Shown here: in pieces, positions 61,028 to 64,000 of the stretch | Layout of the letters: each line of letters starts with the position of its first letter | Position numbering within the stretch: the first letter of the stretch is position 1 | Origin: Raja brachyura | Lineage: Eukaryota | DNA length: 64,000 nt | Assembly: GCA_963514005.1 (NCBI GenBank) | Contig: OY740805.1 | Location: 24,428,001-24,492,000, forward strand | Direction: 5' to 3' | Notes under the pieces: generated by a model | Told to the model about the DNA's origin: nothing | Seen by the model: the letters and a program-made list of their open reading frames with translations, nothing else | Databases searched by the model: none | Translations under genes and position numbers: made by a program

Positions 61028-61125
61028 GTCATGAACTCAATCCCAGAGCTCGGGATGGTTTGTACCCGGCCATTATCTTAGTGATCGCAGCGGTTCTCGT
61101 GTTTAGCGCTGTTGGTCCATGGTGA
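61028..61125 (+). CDS. Copy C coding exon 4: stalk plus hydrophobic transmembrane or GPI-signal-like segment
   Basis: TTTATTTTGTTCTAG acceptor; the phase-1 frame gives GHELNPRARDGLYPAIILVIAAVLVFSAVGPW*; a donor TG|GTGAGT at 61121/61122 overlaps the TGA. Confidence 0.75.
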
Positions 61126-62424
61126 GTATTCATTCTCTGGTAAAACCGTGTCTTTGTATGTGGTGGTGTAGAGTCAGTCAGAGGGTGGTGAATCTGTGGG
61201 ATTCAATGCAACAGAGGACTGTGGAGGTCATGTCAATGGATATTTTCTAAGGCAGAGATAGATAGATTCTTCATTACTACACGTGTCAGGGATTATGGGG
61301 AGAAGGCAGGAGAATGGTGTTAAGAGGGAATGATTGATTGAATGGCAGAATAGACTTGCTGGGCTGAATGGCCTAATTCTGCTCTTACGATAGACACAAA
61401 ATGCTGGAGTAATTCAGCGGTATACTGGTCATTGTAGGCCATTGAGTTCTTCTGAAGAAGGGTCTCGGCCCGAAATGTCAACCGAAGCGTGAAGGAATGT
61501 TCCGCCTGTCTGTGTGTGTATTTAAGATAGAAGCAAAATGCTGGAGTAACTCAGCAGGACAGGCAATATCTCTGGAGAGAAGGAATGGGTGATGTTTCGG
61601 GTCGAGACCCATCTTCAGACTGATGAGTGTGTGTATTTATATGTGTATCTGTGTGCGCCTTGTGTATGTGTTTATGCGTGTTTGTGCATGCCGTGCACAT
61701 ACTTATGTGTGTTTTGTGTGCATGCGTGCCACGTGTGTGTGTACCTATGTGTGTATTATGTGTAGATAGACACAACATGCTGGAATAACTCAATGGGACA
61801 GGCAGCATCTCTGGATAAAACGAATGGGTGACGTTTCAGGTCTAGCCCCTTCTCCAGACCCGAAACCTCACCCATTCCTTCTCTCCAGAGATACTGCCTG
61901 TCCCGCTGAGTTATTCCAGCATTTTGCGTCTGCCTCCAGTGTAAACCAGTGTATTTATCCTTTTCGTCCATGCCTATCCTTCGGTTAATTTATTGTGTTG
62001 CACAGGGAGCCAAATGCAACGTAATTTCGTTTGGAACTGCATATATCAATGTATTTCTAAATGACAATAAAGTTTGTTTGACTTGTTTGACTTGACTTGA
62101 CACTGCCGAGGAAAGGAAGAAAGGAGGAAAGGAGGGGGGAGAACAAGGAGGGATCTAGTGCAGGGGTACTTTGTACGCACCCTTTATAGGTGACTATTTG
62201 CATACCTTGGGTATGCAAGCAAAGAATTACACTGTGACTTGTCACATGTGACAATGTGTTCATTCATAATAGCTCATTCACAGGGAAACATCTGCAGGTC
62301 AGAGAGATGCACTGCCAAATCTCTACTATCTGTCTCTCCACTGCTCAAATGTGCAACTTGTTCAATGTACGAGTGCAGAAATCAGAGCCTCTCTTCTTGA
62401 AGGCTCATGGAAAACAGTGTAGCT

Positions 62425-63485
62425 TTTCCCATTGAGGGTAGAAAAGATTCAAACAAGAGGGCATGACATGAGAATTAAGGGACAGAAGTTTAGGGGTAAC
62501 ATGAGGGGGAACTTCTTTACTCAGAGAGTGGTGGCTGTGTGGAATGATCTTCCTGCAGAAGTAGTGGAGGCAGGATCGATTTTAACATTTAAAAGTAAAG
62601 TGGATAGGTATGTGGACGGGAAGGTAATGGAGGGGTGTGGTCTGAGTGCAGGTAGATGGGACTAGGGGAAAATAAATGGTCGGCACGGACTGGAAGGGCT
62701 GAGAAGCCCTGTTTCCGTGCTGTAATTGTTATATGGTTAAAGTGTGCAGTCGTGTATTTTAAAGGTAGACATAAAGGCGTAGACTTTTTTCTAAATGGGG
62801 ATTGGATTCAAAAATCGGAGGTGCAAAGGGACTTGGGAGTGTTGGTGAAGAATTCCCAAAAGGTTAACTTGCAAGTTCAATTGGTAGTGAGCGCAATATT
62901 AGCATTTATTTCGAGAGGACTAGAATATAAAAACAAGGATGTAATGCTCAGGCTTTAAAAGGTGCCGGTATGATCGCACTTCGCGGATTGTGAGCAGTTC
63001 ACCAGACTGATTCCTGGGATGTCAGGACTGTCTTATGAACAAAGACTGCATAGACTCGGTTTATACTCTCTAGAATTTAGGAGATTGAGAGGGGATCTTA
63101 TAGAAACTTACAAAATTCTTAAGGGGTTGGACAGGCTAGATGCAGGAAGATTGTTCCCGATGTTGGGGAGGTCCAGGACAAGGGGTCACAGTTTAAGAAT
63201 AAGGGGGAAATCCTTTAGGACCGAGATGAGAAGGACTTTTTTCACACAGAGAGTGGTGGGTCTCTGGAACTCTCTGCCACAGAGGGTAGTTGAGGCCAGT
63301 TCATTTGCTATATTTAAGAGGGAGTTAGATGTGGCCCTTGTGGCTAAGGGGATCAGAGGGTATGGAGAGAAGGCAGGTACGGGATACTGAGTTGGATGAT
63401 CAGCCATGATCATATTGAATGGCGGTGCAGGCTCGAAGGGCCGAATGGCCTACTCCTGCACCTAAATTCTATGTTTCTATGTTTT
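62425..63485 (+). mobile_element. CR1-type LINE fragments including a young 3' copy (62998-63485)
   Basis: ORFs 62432..62665, 62656..62958 and 63019..63390. Confidence 0.85.
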
Positions 63486-63790
63486 GAGACCAGGACCGCA
63501 CAATGTTTCCCCCTCTTCCCTCAAGCTCTGTGCCGAACAACTGGCACCAATCTACACCGATATTATCAATCGGTCCACGCAAACCTGCATGTCCCTGCCT
63601 GCTTCAAAGTCTCCACTATTGTTCCCCTACCCAAAAAGCCAAGGGTTACTGGTCTTAATGACTACAGGCCTGTCGCACTGACCTCTGTAATCATGAAGAC
63701 CCTTGAAAGACTTGTGCTGGCCCAGCTGAAAAATATCACAAACCTCCTGCCAGACCCCTTGGACTTTGCATACCGGGCAAATAGATCAGA
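63486..63790 (+). mobile_element. Rex1/Babar RT fragment
   Basis: [46 protein letters not shown]. Confidence 0.85.
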
Positions 63791-64000
63791 GCCCTTGGAC
63801 TGAGGCGAGAGGGGCTGAACATTTTCACTGACGCCGCCCGTGACTACTTTACCCCCCCCCCCCCCCCCCCCCGTGACTCAGACTCTGGCGATGACCAGGG
63901 AGAGACACAAAGCTGGCAGAAAGCTTCTCCTCCCCCTGCAATGGGTGGAGAAATGGGCACCGTGATTTAGGTGAGCTTCCCGTGCGGGAACATGGACGTG

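Noticed and set aside
61622-61770. His/Thr-rich ORF 61551..61808
   Set aside because: Degenerate (TG)n microsatellite read on the minus strand
63870-63975. Possible cytoplasmic exon of copy C (CAG|ACTC...TTTAG|GTGAGC after a poly-C tract)
   Set aside because: Joining to the phase-2 donor at 61121 gives TGA immediately; no ITIM/ITSM-like motif and no independent support

Overview
Eukaryotic, vertebrate genomic DNA, most likely from a cartilaginous fish (skate/ray/shark). This is inferred from the repeat complement: abundant CR1-type LINE fragments, tRNA-derived V-SINEs, Penelope-like GIY-YIG elements and Rex1 tails. Most of the window is nested transposon debris. Inside it is a three-copy cluster of a CD2/SLAM/CEACAM-like immunoglobulin-superfamily receptor gene. 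Copy C (+) has four in-phase exons: leader 45710-45770, Cys-less IgV 52455-52754, IgC2 57585-57854 and a hydrophobic TM/GPI-like exon 61028-61121/61125. Copy B (-) has a leader (17734-17794) and a frameshifted IgV exon (15025-15322), with no downstream exons found. Copy A (-) has only its leader (1475-1535) inside the window. A and B are tandem duplicates. B and C form a head-to-head inverted duplication of about 40 kb in total, with its junction near 35327. Other notable items: about 20 copies of a minimal hammerhead-ribozyme-like motif in Penelope-derived repeats, some as copy-specific ~85-100 nt insertions with TSDs; an internally deleted class I endogenous retrovirus with a tRNA-Ser-like PBS in intron 2 of copy C; a BEL/Pao element in intron 1; a solo LTR; two tandem THAP-bearing fold-back transposons; and a 3-copy TIR element with 7-bp TSDs. 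Repeat boundaries were read by eye and are approximate unless a TSD is quoted.
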